Shown one piece after another: positions 1 to 17,400 of a stretch of 64,000 nucleotides of DNA. Position 1 is the stretch's first letter. The number at the start of each line of letters is the position of its first letter. Origin of the DNA: Eledone cirrhosa. Its lineage: Eukaryota. Location: NCBI GenBank assembly GCA_964016885.1, contig OZ024756.1, positions 43,338,001 through 43,402,000 of the forward strand, read 5' to 3'. Made by a program: the position numbers and the translations under genes. The notes beneath the pieces are model-generated. The model did not search any database and was not told where the DNA came from. It was given only the letters and a program-made list of their open reading frames with translations.

Positions 1-3000
1 TTGGACACGCACTAGAGAGAGAAATTGGACACACACTAGAGAGAGACATTGCACACACACAAGAGCACAGACATTGGACACCCACTAGAGACAGACATTG
101 GACACACACTAGAGACAGACATTGGACACACACTAGAGACAGACATTGGACACACACTAGAGACAGATATTGGACACACACTAGAGACAGACATTGGACA
201 CACACACAAGAGACAGACATTGGACACCCACTAGAGACAGACATTGGAGACACACACTAGAGACAGTCATTGGACACACACTAGAGATAGATATTGTATA
301 CATTAGAGACAGACATTGGACACACACTAGAGACAAACATTGGACACACTAGAGACAGTCATTGGACACACACTAGAGACAGACATTGGACACACACTAG
401 AGACAGACATTGGAAACACACTAGAGACAGACATTGGACACACACTAGAGACAGACATTGGACACACACTAGATACAGACATTGGACACACACACTATAG
501 ACAGATATTGGACACACACTAGAGACAGACATTGGACACACACTAGAGACAGACATTGGAGACACACACTAGATACAGACATTGTACACACACTAGAGAT
601 AGACATGGGACACACACTAGAGACAGACATTGGACACACACTAGAGACAGACATTGGACACACACTAGAGAGACAGACATTGGACACACACTAGAGACAG
701 ACATTGGACACACACTAGAGACAGACATTGGACAGACACTAGAGAGAGAAATTGGACACACACTAGAGAGAGACATTGCACACACACTAGAGTCAGACAT
801 TGGATACACACTAGAGACAGACATTGGACACACACTAGAAACAGACATTGGACACACACACTAGATACAGACATTGGACACACACTAGAGACAGACATTG
901 GACACACACTAGAGACAGACATTGGACACACACTAGAGTCAGACATTGGATACACACTAGAGACAGACATTGGACACACACTAGAGACAGACATTGAAGA
1001 CACACACTAGATACAGACATTGGACACACACTAGAGACAGACATTGGACACACACTAGAGTCAGACATTGGATACACACTAGAGACAGACATTGGAGACA
1101 CACTAGAGACAGACATTGAAGACACACACTAGATACAGACATTGGACACACACTAGAGACAGACATTGGCCACACACTAGAGACACACATTGGACACACA
1201 CTAGAGACAGATATTGGACACACACTAGAGACAGACATTGGACACACACACAAGAGACAGACATTGGACACACACTAGAGACAGACATTGGAGACACACA
1301 CTAGAGACAGACATTGGACACGCACTAGAGAGAGAAATTGGAGACACACTAGAGAGAGACATTGCACACACACAAGAGCACAGACATTGGACACCCACTA
1401 TAGACAGACATTGGACACACACTAGAGACAGACATTGGACACACACTAGAGACAGACATTGGACACACACTAGAGACAGATATTGGACACACACTAGAGA
1501 CAGACATTGGACAGACACACAAGAGACAGACATTGGACACCCACTAGAGACAGACATTGGAGACACACACTAGAGATAGTCATTGGACACACACTAGAGA
1601 TAGTCATTGGACACACACTAGAGATAGATATTGTATACATTAGAGACAGACATTGGACACACACTAGAGACAAACATTGGACACACTAGAGACAGTCATT
1701 GGACACACACTAGAGACAGACATTGGACACACACTAGAGACAGACATTGGAAACACACTAGAGACAGACATTGGACACACACTAGAGACAGACATTGGAC
1801 ACACACTAGAGACAGACATTGGAGACACACACTAGATACGGACATTGGACACACACTAGAGACAGACATTGGACACACACTAGAGACAGACATTGGACAC
1901 ACACTAGAGACAGACGTTGGACACACACTAGAGACAGACATTGGAGACACACACTAGATACAGACATTGGACACACACTAGAGACAGACATTGGACACAC
2001 ACTAGATACAGACATTGGATACACACTAGAGATAGACATTGGACACACACTAGAGACAGACATTGGACACATACTAAATACAGACATTGGACACACACTA
2101 GAGACAGACATTGGACACACACACTAGACAGACATTGGACACACACTAGAGACAGACGTTGGAAACACACTAGAGACAGACGTTGGATACACACACTAGA
2201 GACAGACATTGGACACACACTAGAGACAGACATTGGACACACACACTAGACAGACATTGAACACACACTAGAGACAGATATTGGAAACACACTAGAGACA
2301 GACTTGGACACACACACTAGAGACAGGCATTGGACACACACTAGAGACAGACATTGGACAAACACTAGAGACAGACATTGGACACACACTAGAGACAGAC
2401 ATTGGAGACACACACTAGATACAAACATTGGACACACACTAGAGACAGACATTGGACACACACACTAGATACAGACATTGGACACACACTAGAGATAGAC
2501 ATTGGACACACACTAGAGACAGACATTGGACACACACTAGAGATAGACATTGGACACACACTAGAGACAGACATTGGACACACACTAGAGACAGACATTG
2601 GAGACACACACTAGAGACAGACATTGGACACACACTAGAGACAGACATTGGACACACACTAGATACAGACATTGGACACACACTAGAGATAGACATTGGA
2701 CACACACTAGAGACAGACATTGGACACACACTAGATACAGACATTGGACACACACTAGAGACAGACATTGGACACACACACTAGACAGACATTGGACACA
2801 CACTAGAGACAGATATTGGACACACACTAGAGACAGACATTGGACACACACTAGAGACAGACATTGGACACACACTAGAGAGAGAAATTGGACACACACT
2901 AGAGAGAGACATTGCACACACACTAGAGTCAGACATTGGATACACACTAGAGACAGACATTGGACACACACTAGAGACAGACATTGGAGACACACACTAG

Positions 3001-3599
3001 ATACAGACATTGGACACACACTAGAGACAGACATTGGACACACACTAGAGACAGACATTGGACACACACTAGAGTCAGACATTGGATACACACTAGAGAC
3101 AGACATTGGACACGCACTAGAGAGAGAAATTGGACACACACTAGAGAGAGACATTGCACACACACAAGAGCACAGACATTGGACACCCACTAGAGACAGA
3201 CATTGGACACACACTAGAGACAGACATTGGACACACACTAGAGACAGACATTGGACACACACTAGAGACAGATATTGGACACACACTAGAGACAGACATT
3301 GGACACACACACAAGAGACAGACATTGGACACCCACTAGAGACAGACATTGGAGACACACACTAGAGACAGTCATTGGACACACACTAGAGATAGACATT
3401 GTATACATTAGAGACAGACATTGGACACACACTAGAGACAAACATTGGACACACTAGAGACAGTCATTTGACACACACTAGAGACAGACATTGGACACAC
3501 ACTAGAGACAGACATTGGAAACACACTAGAGACAGACATTGGACACACACTAGATACGGACATTGGACACACACTAGAGACAGACATTGGACACACAAG

Positions 3600-6400
3600 A
3601 CATTGGACACACACTAGAGACAGACATTGGACACACACTAGAGACAGACATTGGAGACACACACTAGATACAGACATTGGAGACACACTAGAGACAGACA
3701 TTGGACACACACTAGATACAGACATTGGACACACACTAGAGATAGACATTGGACACACACTAGAGACAGACATTGGACACATACTAAATACAGACATTGG
3801 ACACACACTAGAGACAGACATTGGACACACACACTAGACAGACATTGGACACACACTAGAGACAGACGTTGGAAACACACTAGAGACAGACATTGGATAC
3901 ACACACTAGAGACAGACATTGGACACACACTAGAGACACATTGGAGACACACACTAGATACAGATATTGGACACACACTAGAGACAGACATTGGACACAC
4001 ACTAGATACAGACATTGGACACACACTAGAGATAGACATTGGACACACACTAGAGACAGACATTGGACACACACCAGAGACAGACATTGGACACACACTA
4101 GATACAGACATTGGACACACACTAGAGACAGACATTGGACACACACACTAGAGACAGACATTGGACACACACTAGAGACAGACGTTGGAAACACACTAGA
4201 GACAGACGTTGGATACACACACTAGAGACAGACATTGGACACACACTAGAGACAGACATTGGAGACACACACTAGATACAGATATTGGACACACACTAGA
4301 GACAGACATTGGACACACACTAGATACAGACATTGGACACACACTAGAGATAGACATTGGACACACACTAGAGACAGACATTGGACACACACACTAGACA
4401 GACATTGGACACACACTAGAGACAGATATTGGAAACACACTAGAGACAGACTTGCACACACACACTAGAGATAGACATTGGACACACACTAGAGACAGAC
4501 ATTGGAGACACACAGTAGAGACAGACATTGGACACACACTAGAGACAGACATTGGACACACACTAGATACAGACATTGGACACACACACTAGAGACAGAT
4601 ATTGGACACACACTAGAGACAGACATTGGACACACACTAGAGACAGAAATTGGACACACACTAGAGACAGACATTGGACACACACTAGAGAGAGAAATTG
4701 GACACACACTAGAGACAGACATTGGACACTCACTAGAGACAGACATTGGTCACACACTAGAGAGACAGACATTGGACACACACTAGAGACAGACATTGGA
4801 CACGCACTAGAGAGAGAAATTGGACACACACTAGAGAGAGACATTGCACACACACAAGAGCACAGACATTGGACACCCACTAGAGACAGACATTGGACAC
4901 ACACTAGAGACAGACATTGGACACACACTAGAGACAGACATTGGACACACACTAGAGACAGATATTGGACACACACTAGAGACAGACATTGGACACACAC
5001 ACAAGAGACAGACATTGGACACCCACTAGAGACAGACATTGGAGACACACACTAGAGACAGTCATTGGACACACACTAGAGATAGATATTGTATACATTA
5101 GAGACAGACATTGGACACACACTAGAGACAAACATTGGACACACTAGAGACAGTCATTGGACACACACTAGAGACAGACATTGGACACACACTAGAGACA
5201 GACATTGGACAGACACTAGAGACAGACATTGGACACACACTAGAGACAGACATTGGAGACACACACTAGATACGGACATTGGACACACACTAGAGACAGA
5301 CATTGGACACAAACTAGAGACAGACATTGGACACACACTAGAGACAGACATTGGACACACAAGACATTGGACACACACTAGAGACAGACATTGGACACAC
5401 ACTAGAGACAGACATTGGAGACACACACTAGATACAGACATTGGAGACACACTAGAGACAGACATTGGACACACACTAGATACAGACATTGGACACACAC
5501 TAGAGATAGACATTGGACACACACTAGAGACAGACATTGGACACATACTAAATACAGACATTGGACACACACTAGAGACAGACATTGGACACACACACTA
5601 GACAGACATTGGACACACACTAGAGACAGACGTTGGAAACACACTAGAGACAGACATTGGATACACACACTAGAGACAGACATTGGACACACACTAGAGA
5701 CACATTGGAGACACACACTAGATACAGATATTGGACACACACTAGAGACAGACATTGGACACACACTAGATACAGACATTGGACACACACTAGAGATAGA
5801 CATTGGACACACACTAGAGACAGACATTGGACACACACCAGAGACAGACATTGGACACACACTAGATACAGACATTGGACACACACTAGAGACAGACATT
5901 GGACACACACACTAGAGACAGACATTGGACACACACTAGAGACAGACGTTGGAAACACACTAGAGACAGACGTTGGATACACACACTAGAGACAGACATT
6001 GGACACACACTAGAGACAGACATTGGAGACACACACTAGATACAGATATTGGACACACACTAGAGACAGACATTGGACACACACTAGATACAGACATTGG
6101 ACACACACTAGAGATAGACATTGGACACACACTAGAGACAGACATTGGACACACACACTAGACAGACATTGGACACACACTAGAGACAGATATTGGAAAC
6201 ACACTAGAGACAGACTTGCACACACACACTAGAGATAGACATTGGACACACACTAGAGACAGACATTGGAGACACACAGTAGAGACAGACATTGGACACA
6301 CACTAGAGACAGACATTGGACACACACTAGATACAGACATTGGACACACACACTAGAGACAGATATTGGACACACACTAGAGACAGACATTGGACACACA
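3600..6400. repeat. Higher-order duplication, period ~1764 bp
   Basis: Identical ORF-track translations recur at +1764 (3638/5402, 3880/5644, 4196/5960, 4394/6158). Boundaries are approximate. Confidence 0.85.
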
Positions 6401-6899
6401 CTAGAGACAGAAATTGGAGACACACACTAGATACAGACATTGTACACACACTAGAGATAGACATTGGACACACACTAGAGACAGACATTGGACACTCACT
6501 AGAGACAGACATTGGTCACACACTAGAGAGACAGATATTGGACACACACTAGAGACAGACATTGGACACGCACTAGAGAGAGAAATTGGACACACACTAG
6601 AGAGAGACATTGCACACACACAAGAGCACAGACATTGGACACCCACTAGAGACAGACATTGGACACACACTAGAGACAGACATTGGACACACACTAGAGA
6701 CAGACATTGGACACACACTAGAGACAGATATTGGACACACACTAGAGACAGACATTGGACACACACACAAGAGACAGACATTGGACACCCACTAGAGACA
6801 GACATTGGAGACACACACTAGAGACAGTCATTGGACACACACTAGAGATAGATATTGTATACATTAGAGACAGACATTGGACACACACTAGAGACAAAC

Positions 6900-9800
6900 A
6901 TTGGACACACTAGAGACAGTCATTGGACACACACTAGAGACAGACATTGGACACACACTAGAGACAGACATTGGAAACACACTAGAGACAGACATTGGAC
7001 AGACACTAGAGACAGACATTGGACACACACTAGAGACAGACATTGGAGACACACACTAGATACGGACATTGGACACACACTAGAGACAGACATTGGACAC
7101 AAACTAGAGACAGACATTGGACACACACTAGAGACAGACATTGGACACACACTAGAGACAGACATTGGAGACACACACTAGATACAGACATTGGACACAC
7201 ACTCGAGACAGACATTGGACACACACTAGATACAGACATTGGACACACACTAGAGATAGACATTGGACACACACTAGAGACAGACATTGGACACATACTA
7301 AATACAGACATTGGACACACACTAGAGACAGACATAGGACACACACACTAGACAGACATTGGACACACACTAGAGACAGACGTTGGAAACACACTAGAGA
7401 CAGACATTGGATACACACACTAGAGACAGACATTGGACACACACTAGAGACAGACATTGGAGACACACACTAGATACAGATATTGGACACACACTAGAGA
7501 CAGACATTGGACACACACTAGATACAGACATTGGACACACACTAGAGATAGACATTGGACACACACTAGAGACAGACATTGGACACAGACTAGAGACAGA
7601 CATTGGACACACACACTAGACAGACATTGGACACACACTAGAGACAGATATTGGAAACACACTAGAGACAGACTTGGACACACACACTAGAGACAGGCAT
7701 TGGACACACACTAGAGACAGACATTGGACACACATTAGAGACAGACATTGGACACACACTAGAGACAGACATTGGAGACACACACTAGATACAAACATTG
7801 GACACACACTAGAGATAGACATTGGACACACACTAGGACAGACATTGGACACACACTAGAGATAGACATTGGACACACACTAGAGACAGACATTGGACAC
7901 ACACTAGAGACAGACATTTGAGACACACACTAGAGACAGACATTCGACACACACTAGAGACAGACATTGGACACACACTAGATACAGACATTGGACACAC
8001 ACACTATAGACAGATATTGGACACACACTAGAGACAGACATTGGACACACACTAGAGACAGACATTGGAGACACACACAAGATACAGACATTGTACACAC
8101 ACTAGAGATAGACATTGGACACACACTAGAGACAGACATTGGACACACACTAGAGACAGACATTGGACACACACTAGAGAGACAGACATTGGACACACAC
8201 TAGAGACAGACATTGGACACACACTAGAGACAGACATTGGACACACACTAGAGAGAGAAATTGGACACACACTAGAGAGAGACATTGCACACACACTAGA
8301 GTCAGACATTGGATACACACTAGAGACAGACATTGGACACACACTAGAGACAGACATTGGAGACACACACTAGATACAGACATTGGACACACACTAGAGA
8401 CAGACATTGGACACACACTAGAGACAGACATTGGACACACACTAGAGTCAGACATTGGATACACACTAGAGACAGACATTGGACACTCACTAGAGACAGA
8501 CATTGAAGACACACACTAGATACAGACATTGGACACACACTAGAGACAGACATTGGCCACACACTAGAGACAGACATTGGACAGACACTAGAGACAGACA
8601 TTGGACACACACTAGAGACAGACATTGGAGACACACACTAGATACAGACATTGGACACACACTAGAGACAGACATTGGACACACACTTGATACAGACTTT
8701 GGACACACACTAGAGATAGACATTGGACACACACTAGAGACAGACATTGGACACATACTAAATACAGACATTGGACACACACTAGAGACAGACATTGGAC
8801 ACACACACTAGACAGACATTGGACACACACTAGAGACAGACGTTGGAAACACACTAGAGACAGACATTGGATACACACACTAGAGACAGACATTGGACAC
8901 ACACTAGAGACAGACATTGGAGACACACACTAGATACAGATATTGGACACACACTAGAGACAGACATTGGACACACACTAGATACAGACATTGGACACAC
9001 ACTAGAGATAGACATTGGACACACACTAGAGACAGACATTGGACACACACTAGATACAGACATTGGACACACACTAGAGACAGACATTGGACACACACAC
9101 TAGAGACAGACATTGGACACACACTAGAGACAGACATTGGACACACACTAGATACAGACATTGGACACACACTAGAGATAGACATTGTACACACACTAGA
9201 GACAGACATTGGATACACACACTAGAGACAGACATTGGACACACACTAGACACAGAGATTGGAGACACACACTAGATACAGACATTGGACACACACTAGA
9301 GACAGACATTGGACACACACTAGATACAGACATTGGACACACACTAGAGATAGACATTGGACACACACTAGAGACAGACATTGGACACACACTAGATACA
9401 GACATTGGACACACACTAGAGACAGACATTGGACACACACACTAGACAGGCATTGGACACACACTAGAGACAGATATTGGAAACACACTAGAGACAGACT
9501 TGGACACACACACTAGAGACAGGCATTGGACACACACTAGAGACAGACATTGGACACACACTAGAGACAGACATTGGACACACACTAGAGACAGACATTG
9601 GAGACACACACTAGATACAGACACTGGACACACACTAGAGACAGACATTGGACACACACACTAGATACAGACATTGGACACACACTAGAGATAGACATTG
9701 GACACACACTTGAGACAGACATTGGACACACACTAGAGATAGACATTGGACACACACTAGAGACAGACATTGGACACACACTAGAGACAGACATTGGAGA

Positions 9801-12800
9801 CACACACTAGAGACAGACATTGGACACACACTAGAGACAGACATTGGACACACACTAGATACAGACATTGGACACACACAGTAGAGACAGTCATTGGACA
9901 CACACTAGAGACAGACATTGGACACACACTAGAGACAGACATTGGAAACACACTAGAGACAGACATTGGACACACACTAGAGACAGACATTGGACACACA
10001 CTAGAGACAGACATTGGAGACACACACTAGATACGGACATTGGACACACACTAGAGACAGACATTGGACACAAACTAGAGACAGACATTGGACACACACT
10101 AGAGACAGACATTGGACACACACTAGAGACAGACATTGGAGACACACACTAGATACAGACATTGGACACACACTCGAGACAGACATTGGACACACACTAG
10201 ATACAGACATTGGACACACACTAGAGATAGACATTGGACACACACTAGAGACAGACATTGGACACATACTAAATACAGACATTGGACACACACTAGAGAC
10301 AGACATAGGACACACACACTAGACAGACATTGGACACACACTAGAGACAGACGTTGGAAACACACTAGAGACAGACATTGGATACACACACTAGAGACAG
10401 ACATTGGACACACACTAGAGACAGACATTGGAGACACACACTAGATACAGATATTGGACACACACTAGAGACAGACATTGGACACACACTAGATACAGAC
10501 ATTGGACACACACTAGAGATAGACATTGGACACACACTAGAGACAGACATTGGACACAGACTAGAGACAGACATTGGACACACACACTAGACAGACATTG
10601 GACACACACTAGAGACAGATATTGGAAACACACTAGAGACAGACTTGGACACACACACTAGAGACAGGCATTGGACACACACTAGAGACAGACATTGGAC
10701 ACACATTAGAGACAGACATTGGACACACACTAGAGACAGACATTGGAGACACACACTAGATACAAACATTGGACACACACTAGAGATAGACATTGGACAC
10801 ACACTAGGACAGACATTGGACACACACTAGAGATAGACATTGGACACACACTAGAGACAGACATTGGACACACACTAGAGACAGACATTTGAGACACACA
10901 CTAGAGACAGACATTCGACACACACTAGAGACAGACATTGGACACACACTAGATACAGACATTGGACACACACACTATAGACAGATATTGGACACACACT
11001 AGAGACAGACATTGGACACACACTAGAGACAGACATTGGAGACACACACAAGATACAGACATTGTACACACACTAGAGATAGACATTGGACACACACTAG
11101 AGACAGACATTGGACACACACTAGAGACAGACATTGGACACACACTAGAGAGACAGACATTGGACACACACTAGAGACAGACATTGGACACACACTAGAG
11201 ACAGACATTGGACACACACTAGAGAGAGAAATTGGACAAACACTAGAGAGAGACATTGCACACACACTAGAGTCAGACATTGGATACACACTAGAGACAG
11301 ACATTGGACACACACTAGAGACAGACATTGGAGACACACACTAGATACAGACATTGGACACACACTAGAGACAGACATTGGACACACACTAGAGACAGAC
11401 ATTGGACACACACTAGAGTCAGACATTGGATACACACTAGAGACAGACATTGGACACTCACTAGAGACAGACATTGAAGACACACACTAGATACAGACAT
11501 TGGACACACACTAGAGACAGACATTGGCCACACACTAGAGACAGACATTGGACAGACACTAGAGACAGACATTGGACACACACTAGAGACAGACATTGGA
11601 GACACACACTAGATACAGACATTGGACACACACTAGAGACAGACATTGGACACACACTTGATACAGACTTTGGACACACACTAGAGATAGACATTGGACA
11701 CACACTAGAGACAGACATTGGACACATACTAAATACAGACATTGGACACACACTAGAGACAGACATTGGACACACACACTAGACAGACATTGGACACACA
11801 CTAGAGACAGACGTTGGAAACACACTAGAGACAGACATTGGATACACACACTAGAGACAGACATTGGACACACACTAGAGACAGACATTGGAGACACACA
11901 CTAGATACAGATATTGGACACACACTAGAGACAGACATTGGACACACACTAGATACAGACATTGGACACACACTAGAGATAGACATTGGACACACACTAG
12001 AGACAGACATTGGACACACACTAGAACCAGACATTGGACACACACTAGAGACAGACATTGGACACACACACTAGAGACAGACATTGGACACACACTAGAG
12101 ACAGACATTGGACACACACTAGATACAGACATTGGACACACACTAGAGATAGACATTGTACACACACTAGAGACAGACATTGGATACACACACTAGAGAC
12201 AGACATTGGACACACACTAGACACAGAGATTGGAGACACACACTAGATACAGACATTGGACACACACTAGAGACAGACATTGGACACACACTAGATACAG
12301 ACATTGGACACACACTAGAGATAGACATTGGACACACATTAGAGACAGACATTGGACACACACTAGATACAGACATTGGACACACACTAGAGACAGACAT
12401 TGGACACACACACTAGACAGGCATTGGACACACACTAGAGACAGATATTGGAAACACACTAGAGACAGACTTGGACACACACACTAGAGACAGGCATTGG
12501 ACACACACTAGAGACAGACATTGGACACACACTAGAGACAGACATTGGACACACACTAGAGACAGACATTGGAGACACACACTAGATACAGACACTGGAC
12601 ACACACTAGAGACAGACATTGGACACACACACTAGATACAGACATTGGACACACACTAGAGATAGACATTGGACACACACTAGAGACAGACATTGGACAC
12701 ACACTAGAGATAGACATTGGACACACACTAGAGACAGACATTGGACACACACTAGAGACAGACATTGGAGACACACACTAGAGACAGACATTGGACACAC

Positions 12801-15800
12801 ACTAGAGACAGACATTGGACACACACTAGATACAGACATTGGACACACACACTAGAGACAGATATTGGACACACACTAGAGACAGACATTGGACACACAC
12901 TAGAGACAGACATTGGAGACACACACTAGATACAGACATTGTACACACACTAGAGATAGACATTGGACACACACTAGAGACAGACATTGGACACACACTA
13001 GAGACAGACATTGGACACACACTAGAGAGACAGACATTGGACACACACTAGAGACAGACATTGGACACACACTAGAGACAGACATTGGACACACACTAGA
13101 GAGAGAAATTGGACACACACTAGAGAGAGACATTGCACACACACTAGAGTCAGACATTGGATACACACTAGAGACAGACATTGGACACACACTAGATACA
13201 GACATTGGACACACACTAGAGACAGACATTGGACACACACTAGAGATAGACATTGGACACACACACTAGAGACAGACATTGGACACACACTAGAGACAGA
13301 CATTGGACACACACTAGATACAGACATTGGACACACACTAGAGATAGACATTGTAGACACACTAGAGACAGACATTGGATACACACACTAGAGACAGACA
13401 TTGGACACACACTAGACACAGAGATTGGAGACACACACTAGATACAGACATTGGACACACACTAGAGACAGACATTGGACACACACTAGATACAGACATT
13501 GGACACACACTAGAGATAGACATTGGACACACACTAGAGACAGACATTGGACACACACTAGATACAGACATTGGACACACACTAGAGACAGACATTGGAC
13601 ACACACACTAGACAGGCATTGGACACACACTAGAGACAGATATTGGAAACACACTAGAGACAGACTTGGACACACACACTAGAGACAGGCATTGGACACA
13701 CACTAGAGACAGACATTGGACACACACTAGAGACAGACATTGGACACACACTAGAGACAGACATTGGAGACACACACTAGATACAGACACTGGACACACA
13801 CTAGAGACAGACATTGGACACACACACTAGATACAGACATTGGACACACACTAGAGATAGACATTGGACACACACTAGAGACAGACATTGGACACACACT
13901 AGAGATAGACATTGGACACACACTAGAGACAGACATTGGACACACACTAGAGACAGACATTGGAGACACACACTAGAGACAGACATTGGACACACACTAG
14001 AGACAGACATTGGACACACACTAGATACAGACATTGGACACACACACTAGAGACAGTCATTGGACACACACTAGAGACAGACATTGGACACACACTAGAG
14101 ACAGACATTGGAAACACACTAGAGACAGACATTGGACACACACTAGAGACAGACATTGGACACACACTAGAGACAGACATTGGAGACACACACTAGATAC
14201 GGACATTGGACACACACTAGAGACAGACATTGGACACAAACTAGAGACAGACATTGGACACACACTAGAGACAGACATTGGACACACACTAGAGACAGAC
14301 ATTGGAGACACACACTAGATACAGACATTGGACACACACTCGAGACAGACATTGGACACACACTAGATACAGACATTGGACACACACTAGAGATAGACAT
14401 TGGACACACACTAGAGACAGACATTGGACACATACTAAATACAGACATTGGACACACACTAGAGACAGACATAGGACACACACACTAGACAGACATTGGA
14501 CACACACTAGAGACAGACGTTGGAAACACACTAGAGACAGACATTGGATACACACACTAGAGACAGACATTGGACACACACTAGAGACAGACATTGGAGA
14601 CACACACTAGATACAGATATTGGACACACACTAGAGACAGACATTGGACACACACTAGATACAGACATTGGACACACACTAGAGATAGACATTGGACACA
14701 CACTAGAGACAGACATTGGACACAGACTAGAGACAGACATTGGACACACACACTAGACAGACATTGGACACACACTAGAGACAGATATTGGAAACACACT
14801 AGAGACAGACTTGGACACACACACTAGAGACAGGCATTGGACACACACTAGAGACAGACATTGGACACACATTAGAGACAGACATTGGACACACACTAGA
14901 GACAGACATTGGAGACACACACTAGATACAAACATTGGACACACACTAGAGATAGACATTGGACACACACTAGGACAGACATTGGACACACACTAGAGAT
15001 AGACATTGGACACACACTAGAGACAGACATTGGACACACACTAGAGACAGACATTTGAGACACACACTAGAGACAGACATTCGACACACACTAGAGACAG
15101 ACATTGGACACACACTAGATACAGACATTGGACACACACACTATAGACAGATATTGGACACACACTAGAGACAGACATTGGACACACACTAGAGACAGAC
15201 ATTGGAGACACACACAAGATACAGACATTGTACACACACTAGAGATAGACATTGGACACACACTAGAGACAGACATTGGACACACACTAGAGACAGACAT
15301 TGGACACACACTAGAGAGACAGACATTGGACACACACTAGAGACAGACATTGGACACACACTAGAGACAGACATTGGACACACACTAGAGAGAGAAATTG
15401 GACAAACACTAGAGAGAGACATTGCACACACACTAGAGTCAGACATTGGATACACACTAGAGACAGACATTGGACACACACTAGAGACAGACATTGGAGA
15501 CACACACTAGATACAGACATTGGACACACACTAGAGACAGACATTGGACACACACTAGAGACAGACATTGGACACACACTAGAGTCAGACATTGGATACA
15601 CACTAGAGACAGACATTGGACACTCACTAGAGACAGACATTGGAGACACACACTAGATACAGACATTGGACACACACTAGAGACAGACATTGGCCACACA
15701 CTAGAGACAGACATTGGACAGACACTAGAGACAGACATTGGACACACACTAGAGACAGACATTGGAGACACACACTAGATACAGACATTGGACACACACT

Positions 15801-17400
15801 AGAGACAGACATTGGACACACACTTGATACAGACTTTGGACACACACTAGAGATAGACATTGGACACACACTAGAGACAGACATTGGACACATACTAAAT
15901 ACAGACATTGGACACACACTAGAGACAGACATTGGACACACACACTAGACAGACATTGGACACACACTAGAGACAGACGTTGGAAACACACTAGAGACAG
16001 ACATTGGATACACACACTAGAGACAGACATTGGACACACACTAGAGACAGACATTGGAGACACACACTAGATACAGATATTGGACACACACTAGAGACAG
16101 ACATTGGACACACACTAGATACAGACATTGGACACACACTAGAGATAGACATTGGACACACACTAGAGACAGACATTGGACACACACTAGATACAGACAT
16201 TGGACACACACTAGAGACAGACATTGGACACACACACTAGAGACAGACATTGGACACACACTAGAGACAGACATTGGACACACACTAGATACAGACATTG
16301 GACACACACTAGAGATAGACATTGTACACACACTAGAGACAGACATTGGATACACACACTAGAGACAGACATTGGACACACACTAGACACAGAGATTGGA
16401 GACACACACTAGATACAGACATTGGACACACACTAGAGACAGACATTGGACACACACTAGATACAGACATTGGACACACACTAGAGATAGACATTGGACA
16501 CACACTAGAGACAGACATTGGACACACACTAGATACAGACATTGGATACACACTAGAGACAGACATTGGACACACACACTAGACAGGCATTGGACACACA
16601 CTAGAGACAGATATTGGAAACACACTAGAGACAGACTTGGACACACACACTAGAGACAGGCATTGGACACACACTAGAGACAGACATTGGACACACACTA
16701 GAGACAGACATTGGACACACACTAGAGACAGACATTGGAGACACACACTAGATACAGACACTGGACACACACTAGAGACAGACATTGGACACACACACTA
16801 GATACAGACATTGGACACACACTAGAGATAGACATTGGACACACACTAGAGACAGACATTGGACACACACTAGAGATAGACATTGGACACACACTAGAGA
16901 CAGACATTGGACACACACTAGAGACAGACATTGGAGACACACACTAGAGACAGACATTGGACACACACTAGAGACAGACATTGGACACACACTAGATACA
17001 GACATTGGACACACACACTAGAGACAGATATTGGACACACACTAGAGACAGACATTGGACACACACTAGAGACAGACATTGGAGACACACACTAGATACA
17101 GACATTGTACACACACTAGAGATAGACATTGGACACACACTAGAGACAGACATTGGACACACACTAGAGACAGACATTGGACACACACTAGAGAGACAGA
17201 CATTGGACACACACTAGAGACAGACATTTGACACACACTAGAGACAGACATTGGACACACACTAGAGAGAGAAATTGGACACACACTAGAGAGAGACATT
17301 GCACACACACTAGAGTCAGACATTGGATACACACTAGAGACAGACATTGGACACACACTAGATACAGACATTGGACACACACTAGAGACAGACATTGGAC
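6900..17400. repeat. HOR domain with periods 2971, 1195 and 4166 bp (4166=2971+1195)
   Basis: Offsets 7030/10001, 8052/11023 and 9442/12413 are +2971; 12413/13608 is +1195; 10001/14167, 11023/15189 and 12900/17066 are +4166. Rare variants (CACTAGGACAG, CATTCGAC, CTTGATACAGACTTT) recur at these offsets. Confidence 0.9.
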